DNA of 64,000 bases from Bacteroidales bacterium. Its GTDB lineage: Bacteria > Bacteroidota > Bacteroidia > Bacteroidales > Muribaculaceae. The translations under genes were made by a program, and so were the position numbers. Shown piece after piece: positions 19,865-28,915 of this stretch. Position 1 is the first letter of the stretch, and the number at the start of each line of letters is the position of its first letter. The DNA lies in contig JAJBUG010000029.1 of the NCBI GenBank assembly GCA_020860515.1, forward strand, positions 7,413-71,412. The letters are read 5' to 3'. The notes below the pieces were generated by a model. The model was not told the origin of the DNA. It searched no databases and was given only the letters and a program-made list of their open reading frames with translations.

Positions 19865-19936
19865 ATTTCGTAATTTGGTACCCTGGTTTTTCCCGAACTA
19901 GAGTAACACTCGTTTGCTTGGTCACGCTAATGGGAT

Positions 19937-20671
19937 TTACCAAATCATGTTTCTGTAGAGAAGGTAGTTGTCCAGAGCCTCTTGTTGTTGGCGAAGATTG
20001 TAGAATGATTGGCAAGTATTACAGTATTGGTTGCCGGTCTGTTCTGCAATATTACATACCTGCTGTAGGTATGGTTGCAATTGCGGGGTGCATACAGCTC
20101 CACTGTTATTAAAATTATTGAAGTTGGTGCATGCGTTTTGCCACATATTTACAACCTGCTGAGGAGTGACATAATTATATTGGGCCTTCGCCGCCCCTTC
20201 GTTGCACCATATTATGAAATCATCCATATAGCCGCGGGCGGTCTCATAGCGTTGAGCCAAATTAGGGTCGTTTTTCTTAAGCTCGTTATAGAGGCGAATC
20301 TCCTCATCGCACCAGCGGCAGCCGTATCGGAGGTTGCGGGCCACAGCATAGGGATTCGGGAGGCCAAGGTCATTGCCCTCGTAATAGCCAGAACTGTAGT
20401 CGCTGCTCGAGGACGAACTTCCACTTTTGCGATAGCCAGTACCGCCGCAGTGCGAGCAGTGCACATGGGTGTGGCCTGAATAGTGCCATTCGCCACATTC
20501 GGGGCATTTCTTTTTGGTGTCGTTGCCATAAGTGCTCACGGTAAGATTTTTCACGACCTTACCAGTGCCGCTACAATAGGGGCAGTCGCCCCTCGCAATA
20601 GCCATAATGGGGAGAGCCATAGCAAACGCCAAGACCATTCCATCTTTGAATAATCTTTTAATCAACTTCAT
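19937..20671 (-). CDS. Secreted hypothetical protein with DnaJ-like CxxCxGxG zinc-finger motifs
   Basis: Signal peptide. CPYCSGTG, CPECG and CSHCGGTG motifs, a poly-Ser linker, and an Asn/Gln-rich helical C-terminus. Confidence 0.7.
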   Translation of the reverse strand: MKLIKRLFKDGMVLAFAMALPIMAIARGDCPYCSGTGKVVKNLTVSTYGNDTKKKCPECGEWHYSGHTHVHCSHCGGTGYRKSGSSSSSSDYSSGYYEGNDLGLPNPYAVARNLRYGCRWCDEEIRLYNELKKNDPNLAQRYETARGYMDDFIIWCNEGAAKAQYNYVTPQQVVNMWQNACTNFNNFNNSGAVCTPQLQPYLQQVCNIAEQTGNQYCNTCQSFYNLRQQQEALDNYLLYRNMIW

Positions 20672-20701
20672 AGTTATCTTTGTTAAAATGGCAGGATTCT
20701 A

Positions 20702-20715
20702 ATCTGTCAATTGAA
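20702..20715 (+). repeat. Left arm of a 14-bp perfect inverted repeat (partner 23253..23266)
   Basis: ATCTGTCAATTGAA. Confidence 0.7.
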
Positions 20716-20738
20716 CTATTTGAGAGAATTTAATGGCT

Positions 20739-22001
20739 TTATTCTGGAAAAACAAATGTCGATTTGTCTTTTTTAGTAATAATTTCCTCTCCAGGGAAAA
20801 GAACTATATCTTGAGGCCACTCTTTAAAATTTAGTCCGAAATAATTATAATTGGTACCGGTCAATTGAGCTAGGTAAAACGAGGAATCCATAGTACAACA
20901 CTCACTAAAATTCTCATTTTCTGAATAAGTCAGTAAGAATTGAAATTTTACTTCTGAAATATCGGAATTTAATGTGATAGGTACATTATATTGTATCAAA
21001 TCTCTATCTCCTTTGGTTGTGTTAATAACAAAATGTCCTTGCTCCCACACTCGATAATACAAACCCTTTCCAAGAGAATACCATTTCCCCTTTTCTGTTT
21101 TGTCTGGAAATAAATATTGAGCATCAAGAGAATAGGTGCCTGTAGGAGGAATGGCAATAACTCTTTGAGAATAAATAGTGGTTGAACTGCCATTTGTTTT
21201 GGCGCCACCAACATTTACTCCATTTGCCAGTGTACCCACAGCTCCGCCAACTCCCAAAGCACTTGCTATAGAACCCATATTCACACTTGCTCCCCCAGTA
21301 CTTGAAGAAGAAGTTGTTGTAGACGTAGGAAGATAATAGCAACAAGGACTACCACAACATACATAAAAAGTATTACCTAAGTCTATATAAATAGGTTGAT
21401 TGGTTTTATTTTTGATTTTAAACTGTATCGCAGGGTGATAATATAAACTAATTTCTTTCTCAAACTTTGAACCATTTTTTGTATGTTCCATCATACCGAG
21501 TTCCATAGAGATTTGGATATCCTTATTTTCTACAACAGAATTTTCGTCAACAAAAAAACGATATAAGAGCCTATCGCTCTTTTTCCCAATATTACTTTCT
21601 TTAACTTTTGGATAATTGATTTCTCGGTTAAAATATGCGATTCGTTCAGAATTAAGGGCAATTTCGTCTGGGGTCAGATCATTAATGGTTATATGCTTAT
21701 TACCATTGGCAGTTGTGGATTGAGCAGACGTATTATCAACGACTTCTTCGAAGGTTTCTTTCTCGCCGTCTTCGTAGTTGATGGCAAGGACATCCGATTT
21801 GTTGACGGTGTAGGTGGGGCCATCGAGGCGAGTGGCCTTTTTGTACTTGACCTCCTTTTGGGTGATTTCCGTGACCTTGGCAATGACCAAGTCACCATTG
21901 CGCATCACAATGACATCGTCTGCCTTTGAAATTACAAGACAGAACACCATCATCATGATGACCATGATTGTGGATTTACTAATTGTGTTCATATAATTCA
22001 T
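20739..22001 (-). CDS. Secreted hypothetical protein (DVIVMRNGD-type N-terminal module), paralogue A
   Basis: Signal peptide, DDVIVMRNGDLVIAKVTEITQKEVKYKK module, Gly/Ser-rich GGAVGTLANGVNVGG block. Low-GC 3' part. Confidence 0.75.
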   Translation of the reverse strand: MNYMNTISKSTIMVIMMMVFCLVISKADDVIVMRNGDLVIAKVTEITQKEVKYKKATRLDGPTYTVNKSDVLAINYEDGEKETFEEVVDNTSAQSTTANGNKHITINDLTPDEIALNSERIAYFNREINYPKVKESNIGKKSDRLLYRFFVDENSVVENKDIQISMELGMMEHTKNGSKFEKEISLYYHPAIQFKIKNKTNQPIYIDLGNTFYVCCGSPCCYYLPTSTTTSSSSTGGASVNMGSIASALGVGGAVGTLANGVNVGGAKTNGSSTTIYSQRVIAIPPTGTYSLDAQYLFPDKTEKGKWYSLGKGLYYRVWEQGHFVINTTKGDRDLIQYNVPITLNSDISEVKFQFLLTYSENENFSECCTMDSSFYLAQLTGTNYNYFGLNFKEWPQDIVLFPGEEIITKKDKSTFVFPE

Positions 22002-23111
22002 CTATTTTTCCATTGTACAACTGGCAGTTGTGAGTACATTTAAGTTGACATCACTCAAATGTCGCATATTTATTGAGCCTAATAAACCCCCATTTAGACC
22101 TATCAGTTTGTACAAATAGTAATTCTGAGACAAGGTCATGGGTTGGCTTATGTTTTCATCAAATCCATAAGTGATATAATAACCAGTTTGGCATGGAGAA
22201 TTGGCCTCAGTAAAATACCTTACCTCACCAATGGTCATTCCTGGATTCAAGCCATCTAAGCCCCATAACCATGAATTTTGCAATTGAACACATGAATGGG
22301 GCGGGATTGCTACTACTCTTTGAGAATAAGTAACTGTTGTTGAGGTATTGGATGATCCACCACCTACATTGACTCCATTTGCGATTGTCCCTACGGCTCC
22401 ACCTACGCCAACGGCGTTTGCTACGCTACCCAGGTTGACTGATCCTCCGGTACTTTTGCTTGTGCTTACGCTTGTGGCTGATGGAACAAATAGTGATGTA
22501 GACTTACCATTATCGATTATGAACGTATTTGCCAAATCGAGATAAATCGTCTGGTCGGTAAGATTTTGCACAAAGGGATAGACTTTGGAGCCTCCACCTA
22601 AAAGTGTATTTTTGGTAGTATAGTCATGTTCATCAATGGTAATTTCCTAACTCGGGGCAATGTATACATAACCATCGGTAAATTTGGAGTTCTCTGAAAT
22701 ATGGTACAAACCAAAACCTTTCTTTGTTATTTTGTTTTTAGGCTTGTCATTGAATGTGAAACAGTCTACATTAAAAACAGTAAAGTATTGATTATTTAAA
22801 ATATCTATAGAGTCTTGGTCAATGGCCGGCTGTGGCAGTGTTGCTACTATAGCTTCTTCTTGCGAGGAAGATCTTTCCTCGAAGGTTTCCTTCTCACCAT
22901 CTTCGTAGTTGATGGCGAGGACATCAGATTTGTTGATAGTGTAGGTGGGGCCATCGAGGCGAGTGACCTTTTTGTACTTGATTTCCGTTTGGGTGATTTC
23001 TGTGATCTTGGCATTGACCAAGTCGCCATTGCGCATCACGATGACATCTTCAGCGTTGAGCGCCAGCGAGCACAGAAGCAGAAGACTGCAAATGACAAAT
23101 CGGATGGACAT
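22002..23111 (-). pseudogene. Paralogue B of 20739..22001, interrupted by one in-frame TAG at 22647-22649
   Basis: ORFs 22647..23144 and 22002..22571 are in the same frame. Reading through gives ...YIAPS*EITIDEHDYTTKNTLLGGGSKVYPFVQNLTDQTIYLDLANTF, colinear with paralogue A. Confidence 0.8.
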
Positions 23112-23252
23112 GTTACGTTTTTCCATTGATTTTAAGGGTGCCACAGTCCTATGGCGTTAGATGTGGGACATAAGAAATGCGTGGACCGCTATGCCACGCA
23201 TTCAATTGAGATTCTGGAAATACTGTAGTTAACTAATGAGAATTTTCCAAAT

Positions 23253-23266
23253 TTCAATTGACAGAT
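23253..23266 (-). repeat. Right arm of the 14-bp inverted repeat (partner 20702..20715)
   Basis: TTCAATTGACAGAT is the reverse complement of the left arm. Confidence 0.7.
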
Positions 23267-23375
23267 AGACATAGACACTTTTCTTTTTGATTGTTTAAGA
23301 CGGCGTCTGCCATCCATGTGGTACGCATGGCGATGATTCTTTCGCACCATCTACGCCTTCGCACCATCTACGCTG

Positions 23376-23444
23376 CAAATTTACAACAGAAATCTGAAAC
23401 TTAGAAATTTTTTCTCAAAAATCTTGAAAAATTTCGTACCTTTG
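23376..23444. promoter_or_regulatory. Divergent pair of -7 promoter elements
   Basis: TAAATTTG on minus (23376-23383) and TACCTTTG on plus (23437-23444). Confidence 0.55.
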
Positions 23445-23448
23445 TCCT

Positions 23449-25107
23449 ATGATTAATTTTAAGAACATATTTTACCGCCTTTGGAACGAACCAGAAAACG
23501 AGGTAGTCGAATTCAAAGAGGCTAAGACCAATTTCGACATCGATGACCTCGGCAAATATTATTCGGCTCTTAGCAACGAAGCCAATCTTCGGGGTATGGA
23601 CTTTGCTTGGTTGATTTTCGGCGTGTCTGACAAAAAGCGAGAAATCGTCGGCACTACGTTTAAAGACAGTGACAAGGCTCTCAATAGACTGAAAAACGAT
23701 ATGGCGCAGAACACCACTGGCAATCATATCTTCCGAGAAATCCATCCAATTGATGTGAATGGCAAGCGTGTGCTCATATTCCAGGTACCAGCATCGCCAC
23801 GAAACATAGTGATGTGTTGGCGAGGCATTGCTTACGCTCGCAACGGCGAAAGCCTAAAGCCATTGGACCAAGGCAAGCAAGATGAAATCCGGAATCAATC
23901 ACCCATCAAAGACTGGTCTGCCGAAATCGTACCTAACGCCACCATTAAAGACCTCGATGAACTTGCCTTGGCCAAAGCACGCATCGAATATGCCAAGGTG
24001 CACAGAGAGCGAATACCTAAGGAGGAGATCGACAGTTGGAGTCTTGAAGAATTCCTGGGCAAATGCAATTTGATGAGAGATGGGAAGTTGGTCAGGGCCG
24101 CAATCCTGTTGCTTGGCAAGCCAATGTCTGAGCAAAAACTGTTCCCAGCTGTAGCTCAAATCACTTGGTGCCTCAACGATAATGGGGGAAATCCAATCGA
24201 TTATGAACACTTTACTGTGCCATATCTACTTACGGTTGACCATGTACTGGCCAAAATCCGCAACCTTACCATGTGGGAACTTCCAGAGGGAACCTTGTTC
24301 CCTGACATCATGCAGCAGTACGACAGCTATACCATGAGAGAAGCTTTGCATAATTGTATTGCACATATGGACTATAGGATGGAGGAAAGAATCACCATTG
24401 TGGAAAATCCAGGCACCTTAGTATACGCCAATGGCGGCAGTTTTGTGCCAGGCACTGTAGAAGATGTGTTGAATACTCATGGGCCTCAGCGATACTATCG
24501 AAACAAGTGCCTTTGTATCGCCATGGTCAATTTCAATATGATTGACACTATTGGCCGTGGCATTAAGAAAATGTATACCAATCAGCGTGAGCGTTCCTTC
24601 CCAATGCCCGACTACGACATAGACAATGAGCGCCGCGAAGTGAAGGTCACCATCTATGGACGAGTAATAGATGAAAAATACACCCAATTATTAAAAGAAG
24701 ACACGTCGCTATCGCTCAAAGAGTGTATCTTGTTGGATGCGGTGCAGAAACACCACCGGATCCCGGCTGAGGCATTGCGTATGCTCAGAGAGAAAGGGTT
24801 GGTTGAAGGCCGCGTCCCAAATGTCACCATTTCGCTCAAGGTCGCTCAGGCTACCAATCAACTGCCCCAATACCACAAAATGAAGGGGCTTGAAAAGAAC
24901 CGACTAATCCAAATGATTGAGCAGTTCGTAGGGTCAGCCAAAGACGGTGCCACTCGAAATGAGATTTTCCAATATGTCTCACTTGTTCTCCCGTCTGGTA
25001 AAAGTCCATCTCAAAAACTACGGATTTTGAGTCATGTTTTGGAAGAGATGAGTACTGCGGAGAAAATAACTAATGTGAAGCGCCATTGGTTTTTGACCAA
25101 GAAATGA
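23449..25107 (+). CDS. Schlafen/AlbA_2 domain + HATPase_c_4 (RecG C-terminal-like) + wHTH protein
   Basis: ENEVVEFKEA, YYSALSNEAN..AWLIFGVSDK (AlbA_2); REALHNCIAHMDY, NGGSF, RYYRN..L..AM..FNMIDTIGRGI (HATPase_c_4). Confidence 0.82.
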   Translation: MINFKNIFYRLWNEPENEVVEFKEAKTNFDIDDLGKYYSALSNEANLRGMDFAWLIFGVSDKKREIVGTTFKDSDKALNRLKNDMAQNTTGNHIFREIHPIDVNGKRVLIFQVPASPRNIVMCWRGIAYARNGESLKPLDQGKQDEIRNQSPIKDWSAEIVPNATIKDLDELALAKARIEYAKVHRERIPKEEIDSWSLEEFLGKCNLMRDGKLVRAAILLLGKPMSEQKLFPAVAQITWCLNDNGGNPIDYEHFTVPYLLTVDHVLAKIRNLTMWELPEGTLFPDIMQQYDSYTMREALHNCIAHMDYRMEERITIVENPGTLVYANGGSFVPGTVEDVLNTHGPQRYYRNKCLCIAMVNFNMIDTIGRGIKKMYTNQRERSFPMPDYDIDNERREVKVTIYGRVIDEKYTQLLKEDTSLSLKECILLDAVQKHHRIPAEALRMLREKGLVEGRVPNVTISLKVAQATNQLPQYHKMKGLEKNRLIQMIEQFVGSAKDGATRNEIFQYVSLVLPSGKSPSQKLRILSHVLEEMSTAEKITNVKRHWFLTKK

Positions 25108-25270
25108 TTATGACCAAATTATGACCAAATTATGACCAAATTTTATGGGATTATAATTTAGTCTTTCTTCATAAGTACCTTAAAATCAATTGAATTACGT
25201 TAAATATCGAGTTTTGAAGATTCGTTATTTCGACTAAATTTCGACTAAAAATCGACTAAATTTTGACCAA
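25108..25270. repeat. Two 11-bp-period tandem arrays after the Schlafen gene
   Basis: (TTATGACCAAA)3 at 25108-25140; TCGACTAAA at 25230, 25241 and 25252. Confidence 0.85.
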
Positions 25271-25304
25271 TTTTTGGCTAATTCAATATGTGAGTCTAAC
25301 ACAG

Positions 25305-25365
25305 ACTTAGGCCTCTTAGGAATCTTAGGAGGCCTAGAATCTTAGGAGACCTAGTAGGCCTAGGG
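25305..25365. repeat. Degenerate ~9-bp CTTAGG/CCTAG array after the AAA gene stop
   Basis: CTTAGGCCT CTTAGGAAT CTTAGGAGG CCTAGAAT CTTAGGAGA CCTAGTAGG CCTAGG. Confidence 0.75.
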
Positions 25366-25369
25366 TTTC

Positions 25370-26992
25370 CTACAGTTTGGTGGGCAGGGGGTTGGCGGTC
25401 GGGGTGATTTCGATGGTTTCGCCGTCGGGGGTCTCGATGAGCCAGCGCTTGATATTGCGCTTCTCTGAGGAGAAGGAGGCGCCGATGCGGTAAACGGCCC
25501 GGCCATCGGCAAGGTAGGGACGCGCATAGCCGTTGTCCTCGATTTGCTTCAGGGCTGACTCTGCCGACTCGTCAAGCTTGAACTCGATCACGTAGATGTA
25601 TTTGTCGGTGAACGCCACCAGGTCGGGACGCCCATCGGCCATAGGCTCCTCGCAGCGGTTGTCAACGCCAACAGCCAGGCAAAGGCAATAAACGATAAGA
25701 TGATAGGCGCTCTCCTTGCTGTCCTTGTCAAAGATGGGGTAAGGCACTTTGGCTATGAGCGAATCCAAAATTCTTACGAACCTTTCAAGATCGCATTTCA
25801 CCAAACATTGGCGCAGTTCACGAGCTTTTTCAGCAGCAGCATTGGATGCAATGCCAAGGTACATTGGTGAGAGGTCTTCGAACAAGGCCCCTCGCACTTC
25901 TCCGTTGGGAATTTTCAAGAGATAAGTGCCAAGATCACGATTGTATTTTTCAATTGTGAGGTAGCCAGTCTGATACAGCAACGGCACTGGGTCGTTATCA
26001 TCGTATAGGCTGCTCAATCTTTCCTCAGTAGCCCAAATGCCATGGATTTGTGTGATGTCGTAATTTGCTTGTTTCAGAAAATCAATAAATACTTTCGAAG
26101 TACCAGATGTTAGCCAATATTTGCCCAAAAAGTTTGTACTGAAAGCCCGCAGTATGCTGAATGGGTTGCACACATGCACTTCGGCGCGTGAGAAGCGATA
26201 GCCATCGTATTTTTGCAGCAATCTATTTACCATATCTTCCTGTGATTCTTCGTATTCCTCAGCCAATGACGCTAAGCCTTCAGAAAAATTGTTCCTTAAT
26301 TCATCCACAGTTATGCCACAGATTGCAGAGTAAGGCTTCATGAATGATATGTCTTCCAGATTGTTAGCACCAGAGAACAGGGTGTAATGCCTGAACCGAG
26401 CCACGCCAGTGACCATGGCGAATTTGATGAATTTATCCTGAGCCTTTAGCTGAGAAAAGAAAGGTCGCAGTGGTTCTTGATTCTTTTCAAGGGCCGGTTT
26501 GTCATTGATGGTCTCTTGGATGCCCTTGTCATATTCATCGACAAGAATGACGCAGTATTTGCCTGTAGCTCGGCTAACCCGTGAAATCAGCCAGCCAAAA
26601 GCCTCCCCTACGCTTTTGCAATCACTGACGTAAACGCCGTACTGATTTTCATATTCATGGATTTGATTCCATAGGTATCCTTCCAATTTGTCAGGATCAC
26701 TCGCTTCGCTCTTGCTCAGGTCAAAATGAAATACTGGGTAAATCTCCCACTTCTCCTCACTCTGGCTAATCTCCAGTCCATCGAAAAGCTCCTTTTTACC
26801 TTGAAAATAAGCCTCGATGGTTGATAGCAGCAAACTCTTGCCGAATCTGCGAGGACGTGACAAAAACACAAAGCGAGATTTTCTCACTAAATGGGCTATA
26901 AGGCCCGTCTTGTCAACGTACACAGCCCCAGCATTCCTTATCATTTCAAAGGATTGCCACCCTACAGGATATAACACATCTTCCTTAACCAT
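25370..26992 (-). CDS. AAA-ATPase-like + PD-(D/E)XK nuclease protein (PF09820/PF08011 type)
   Basis: YVDKT, FLSRPRRFGKSLLLSTI, VILVDEYDK, GRPDLV...IYVIEFKLD..A..AL.QI...GYA. Start moved to the ATG at 26992, with a -7 element at 27010-27017. Confidence 0.9.
   Translation of the reverse strand: MVKEDVLYPVGWQSFEMIRNAGAVYVDKTGLIAHLVRKSRFVFLSRPRRFGKSLLLSTIEAYFQGKKELFDGLEISQSEEKWEIYPVFHFDLSKSEASDPDKLEGYLWNQIHEYENQYGVYVSDCKSVGEAFGWLISRVSRATGKYCVILVDEYDKGIQETINDKPALEKNQEPLRPFFSQLKAQDKFIKFAMVTGVARFRHYTLFSGANNLEDISFMKPYSAICGITVDELRNNFSEGLASLAEEYEESQEDMVNRLLQKYDGYRFSRAEVHVCNPFSILRAFSTNFLGKYWLTSGTSKVFIDFLKQANYDITQIHGIWATEERLSSLYDDNDPVPLLYQTGYLTIEKYNRDLGTYLLKIPNGEVRGALFEDLSPMYLGIASNAAAEKARELRQCLVKCDLERFVRILDSLIAKVPYPIFDKDSKESAYHLIVYCLCLAVGVDNRCEEPMADGRPDLVAFTDKYIYVIEFKLDESAESALKQIEDNGYARPYLADGRAVYRIGASFSSEKRNIKRWLIETPDGETIEITPTANPLPTKL
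25776..25838. repeat. 63-bp segment duplicated at 35698..35760 (61/63 identical)
   Basis: ACGAACCTTTCAAGATCGCATTTCACCAAACATTGGCGCAGTTCACGAGCTTTTTCAGCAGCA. Confidence 0.9.
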
Positions 26993-27299
26993 TATCACAA
27001 ACTTTTCCGCAAAGTTACAAAAAAAATCCAACAAACCGCCACACGCTAATGCAATAACTATGACCCCACTCCAAAAAGCCTACCTGTAAGACTGAAAATT
27101 TGGTCGTTTAAAATATTATTTTAAATTTTTGGTTAATTTTTAAAATGACATTTCTCACGCAACATTGATGATGGAATAATTCATCTCCATCTGCGTCGAT
27201 TCCTCACCGAAGGTTTGAAATAAAAAGAAAAAGTTTGATAATTGGATGAGGATTGGAAAATTTATTGTATCTTTGTGGCCTAAGAAAAAATAAAAGGCA

Positions 27300-28778
27300 T
27301 TGGAAAAACTATTCTTCACAATATTATTGCTGGTGATGGCGGTGTTTGCGAGCGAGGCACAACAAATCACAATGGATCATTTCTCACCTGAAGAACATTA
27401 TCAGGAGGGGATGAAGGCCCTCAATCGCAACGAACAAATCACAGCTATGAGGTATCTTCTTCAATATGTGCATGAACAAGAGGGCAACCCTAACAGCGAC
27501 CCCGAAAAACTCATAATAGCAAATAAGCGCCTGGGCAATATATTCCTTTTCTATTATGATTACGCATCAGCCTATCGCTACTATGAAAAGAGCTACAAAT
27601 TAGCTTGTGATAAAGATAGTCCTCTACAATTAGGAATACTCTATAATCTGGGAGTGGTTTGCTCCTTACTACATAAACAAGAAGAAGCTCAAAGATGCGA
27701 CAGTTTGATTCGTACATACCCAACTCCTGGTCCATCACATCAGTATTACATGTGCATAGAGAAGGCTTTTTACGAAAAAAGTTTCGGTAAAGAACAGAAA
27801 GGAATCGACAACCTTAAGCAGGCTATAAAAGAGGTAAAAAAGGCCGACTTAGACCCTCGACATCTCAGTACTCCCTTCTCAGAACTCACGGAGATATATC
27901 AAGGGAATGGAGAAATTGACTCTGCCCTTCACTATGCTCGCCTTTACTACAACATCTCGCGCGAAGGTGAGGTGAACAATATGCTGGTGGATAGCCATCG
28001 TTATCTGATGCAACTTTACACACTAAAGAAGCAATACGACTCGGCAGCCTACCACCAGAACATGTACCTTACCCTTTCTGACTCCTTAATGAAGACCTCG
28101 GTTTTTATTGAGACTACCAACAATTGGAACGACATGCCGCATGAGGCATCAACACAGAAAATTCATGGCCTTGAAGACACCATCTCACTACAGAAGGCTA
28201 TGCTTTGGGGGTTTGGGATGCTGATAATAATGATAGTGGTTGTGGGATTTATAATTTACCGCAACCAATTGTCATTACGCAAGAAAGATCGTGAGATCTA
28301 CGAGCGCAATAAGGAACTTGTGGATTTAGAGCGCCGTCACGAATCAGAAGAAAAAAGAGCTGACCATGACCAAGAATCCACAAACACTGAGGATGTACCC
28401 AAGAACGACGAAGCCTTGGCGGGGTTAAGCCAGAGAATCGTACGATTAATGGAAAACACAGAAGAATACTGCAATCCCGAGTTTTCACTACAGATGCTGG
28501 CCCAGCTTTTGAACTCAAACACCAAATATGTGTCGCAAGCTATCAACGATTACTTAGGACAAAACTTCCGTGGCCTGGTGAATGAATATCGTGTGAAGAA
28601 AGCACGCCAACGCCTGACCGAAAACCCTACTTACGCTAACTTTACAATTCAGGCAATAGCCGAAAGCGTTGGCTACAAATCAGCCGCAAATTTCATCGCA
28701 GTCTTTAAAAAGATTACTGGTCTTACTCCGGCCCATTATCAAAAAATGGCCAAAGAAGACACTGCCGCCAAAAGTTAA
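27300..28778 (+). CDS. Membrane-anchored TPR-sensor / AraC-type HTH transcriptional regulator
   Basis: Signal peptide, TPR-like helices, a TM segment (AMLWGFGMLIIMIVVVGFII), then YCNPEFSLQMLAQLLNSNTKYVSQAIN...AESVGYKS..NF..VFKKITGLTP. Confidence 0.88.
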   Translation: MEKLFFTILLLVMAVFASEAQQITMDHFSPEEHYQEGMKALNRNEQITAMRYLLQYVHEQEGNPNSDPEKLIIANKRLGNIFLFYYDYASAYRYYEKSYKLACDKDSPLQLGILYNLGVVCSLLHKQEEAQRCDSLIRTYPTPGPSHQYYMCIEKAFYEKSFGKEQKGIDNLKQAIKEVKKADLDPRHLSTPFSELTEIYQGNGEIDSALHYARLYYNISREGEVNNMLVDSHRYLMQLYTLKKQYDSAAYHQNMYLTLSDSLMKTSVFIETTNNWNDMPHEASTQKIHGLEDTISLQKAMLWGFGMLIIMIVVVGFIIYRNQLSLRKKDREIYERNKELVDLERRHESEEKRADHDQESTNTEDVPKNDEALAGLSQRIVRLMENTEEYCNPEFSLQMLAQLLNSNTKYVSQAINDYLGQNFRGLVNEYRVKKARQRLTENPTYANFTIQAIAESVGYKSAANFIAVFKKITGLTPAHYQKMAKEDTAAKS

Positions 28779-28915
28779 AATAAATATCAAAAAGGGAGAA
28801 TTCCCCTTTTCAAAATATCAAATTCAAGAATTTGACACTCTAAAACGTAAAAGTGTTGATTTTTGAAGGGCTTTTTGTGTAAATTTGTAAGTTGTTCTAC
28901 AAATACGTTCTACTT

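Noticed and set aside
20739-23144. Genome-level TAG stop-codon reassignment
   Set aside because: TAG terminates normal genes elsewhere (sigma at 42047, comM fragment, Fic), and paralogue A has its own signal peptide after the second TAG.
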